Assembly: GCA_034780895.1 (NCBI GenBank)
Contig: JAUZTB010000066.1
Coordinates: 25,105,036-25,168,616, forward strand
Length of the DNA stretch: 63,581 bases
Direction: 5' to 3'
From: Rhynchobatus australiae
Lineage: Eukaryota
In this document: positions 62,201 through 63,581 of the stretch, piece after piece
Layout of the letters: each line of letters opens with the position of its first letter
Position numbering within the stretch: the stretch's first letter is position 1
The notes under the pieces: generated by a model
What the model was told of the DNA's origin: nothing
The model's input: only the letters and a program-made list of their open reading frames with translations
Database searches by the model: none
Program-made: the position numbers and the translations under genes

Positions 62201-63581
62201 AAAAAAAACTGGCAGTTCAAAATTAGGTATCCATGAGACACTGTGAGCTAGGGTAAACTGAATTGTATTCTGTCATAATTTGTAGCATAGAAACTGCTCT
62301 CCCTGAGTCTGTACCTCAAATGTCATGTGCTTCACTCTACCAGTGCCATCCAGCCCAAGGGACCAATGCTGGATTGGTATATAATGTATAAGAGGATGCT
62401 GGGAGAAACATTAGGCATACCTAAAAATAAGGTGCAAATCAAAAGAAGCTTCAACCCAAGACTAAATGCATATTAAACTATGAAGACACTGTGCTTTGGA
62501 TAGTGAAGCAATTCTCTGTCCCTTTAGCCAAGCTGCTTGTAGTATGGCTACAATGGCCACATCTGCCTGACAAGTCGGACAGTTGACCAGGTGGTTGCAT
62601 TTGACATAAAGACACAAAAGAGAACTGAAAAATTGAATCAGTGAGAACTGGAATGAAAACTCTCAAATATACTCATACATAGCAGAAAGATAATTATAGT
62701 TATTAGAAACCAATAGTCTCATCCAAGTATGTTGCTGCAGAAATTCCTTAGAATGTACTAGGCCCAGCTATCCTTGGCTACCTCATTAGTGACATAAGAT
62801 CAAAGTGAAGATACAAGTTGATAATTGTTTTCCTCGCTGCTATTCACAGCTCTTCAGGTAACAAAGTAGTCTGAACTCTCATGTAGTATATTCATTATAC
62901 AGCGGTGCAGGATAGTGATCTTCCCTAACAGGAGCGATTTCAACTTCATCCTCACCATACCTCCCCATAGCCAATCCTCCACGGAATTTATCTAATTTAA
63001 CACTATGTTAGTACTGTTCAATGTGATGATTATTCTCCACATGATGAGAATTTGTCTTCTCATGGATTATACAAGTTATTCCTACCAAAACAATCAAGCA
63101 TTTATATCTGCAACAGGGTGCAGATATGAGCACATAGTTAGTTATTTCCCAGACTTTCTATAAGCACCCCCCACCCCACCAATAGGGACAGGTAGATTGC
63201 AGTGAGCAACAGGGCATCCAGTTCAAGCAGTTATCAACATATTGAAATGACTCTCCGAGTCCATTCTGTGCCCCTGCTGTCCTCTGTGCTTGTTCCATTT
63301 GGTGTCAAGAAGTATTGATCACCAGATGAGGGAGGGCACTAGGTGGTAACCAGCAAATTTCCTTGTCCATGCTGAGACCACAGGTATAACCTATTGCAGA
63401 AACCTTGTCTGATTTATCCCCTCTCCCAGGACTGGTGTTTTTTTCTCATCCCAGCAGTTTGACTTGAGATTAATTCAACACAGGCCATGAAGAAAACCAG
63501 GAACATCCCGAGCCTGTATGGATCAGCAGAATGTTGTTTTAGCATCTAATGACTTGGACAGCTGGCTGTCCATTCTAGGTG

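Larger units (their letters stand above)
17317..63581 (+). other. Long intron of RNF43 (appears to extend beyond the window)
   Basis: No exon encoding the expected (S/M)HPL.LCN..IVKLE continuation was found, although N gaps could hide one. The sequence is repeat-rich and CpG-depleted. Confidence 0.7.

Noticed and set aside
1-63581. CRISPR arrays, operons, rRNA genes or other prokaryotic systems
   Set aside because: The sequence is vertebrate intronic and intergenic DNA. No regularly spaced repeats, dense ORFs or rRNA-like sequence were seen.

Overview
Vertebrate genomic DNA, almost certainly from a cartilaginous fish and probably a batoid ray. This is inferred from the repeat repertoire: HE1-type V-SINE, HER1/CR1 LINEs, DeuSINE, Rex1/Babar, RTE, L2 and Penelope-like termini. 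It is a draft assembly with many N gaps. The only confidently identified host gene is a PA-TM-RING E3 ligase, best matching RNF43. Its CpG-island promoter (~16.35-17.4 kb) and first coding exon (17086-17316, +; signal peptide and start of the PA ectodomain, ending AEGKLLQ|gt) are present. The remaining ~46 kb appears to be its long next intron, and I found no further exon. Upstream lie a heavily decayed retrovirus-like pol fossil (RNase H-like, integrase, dUTPase-like; minus strand, ~0.2-3.4 kb), a PIF/Harbinger transposase apparently split by an inversion, a ~310-bp-arm inverted repeat just 5' of the promoter, and a candidate divergent antisense transcript. The most unusual items are many Penelope-derived termini carrying degenerate minimal hammerhead ribozyme cores (including head-to-head palindromic elements), an AUGA-overlapping uORF on the RNF43 start, the long promoter-proximal hairpin and the dUTPase-bearing ERV fossil. 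All calls were made by eye without database searches, and repeat boundaries are approximate.
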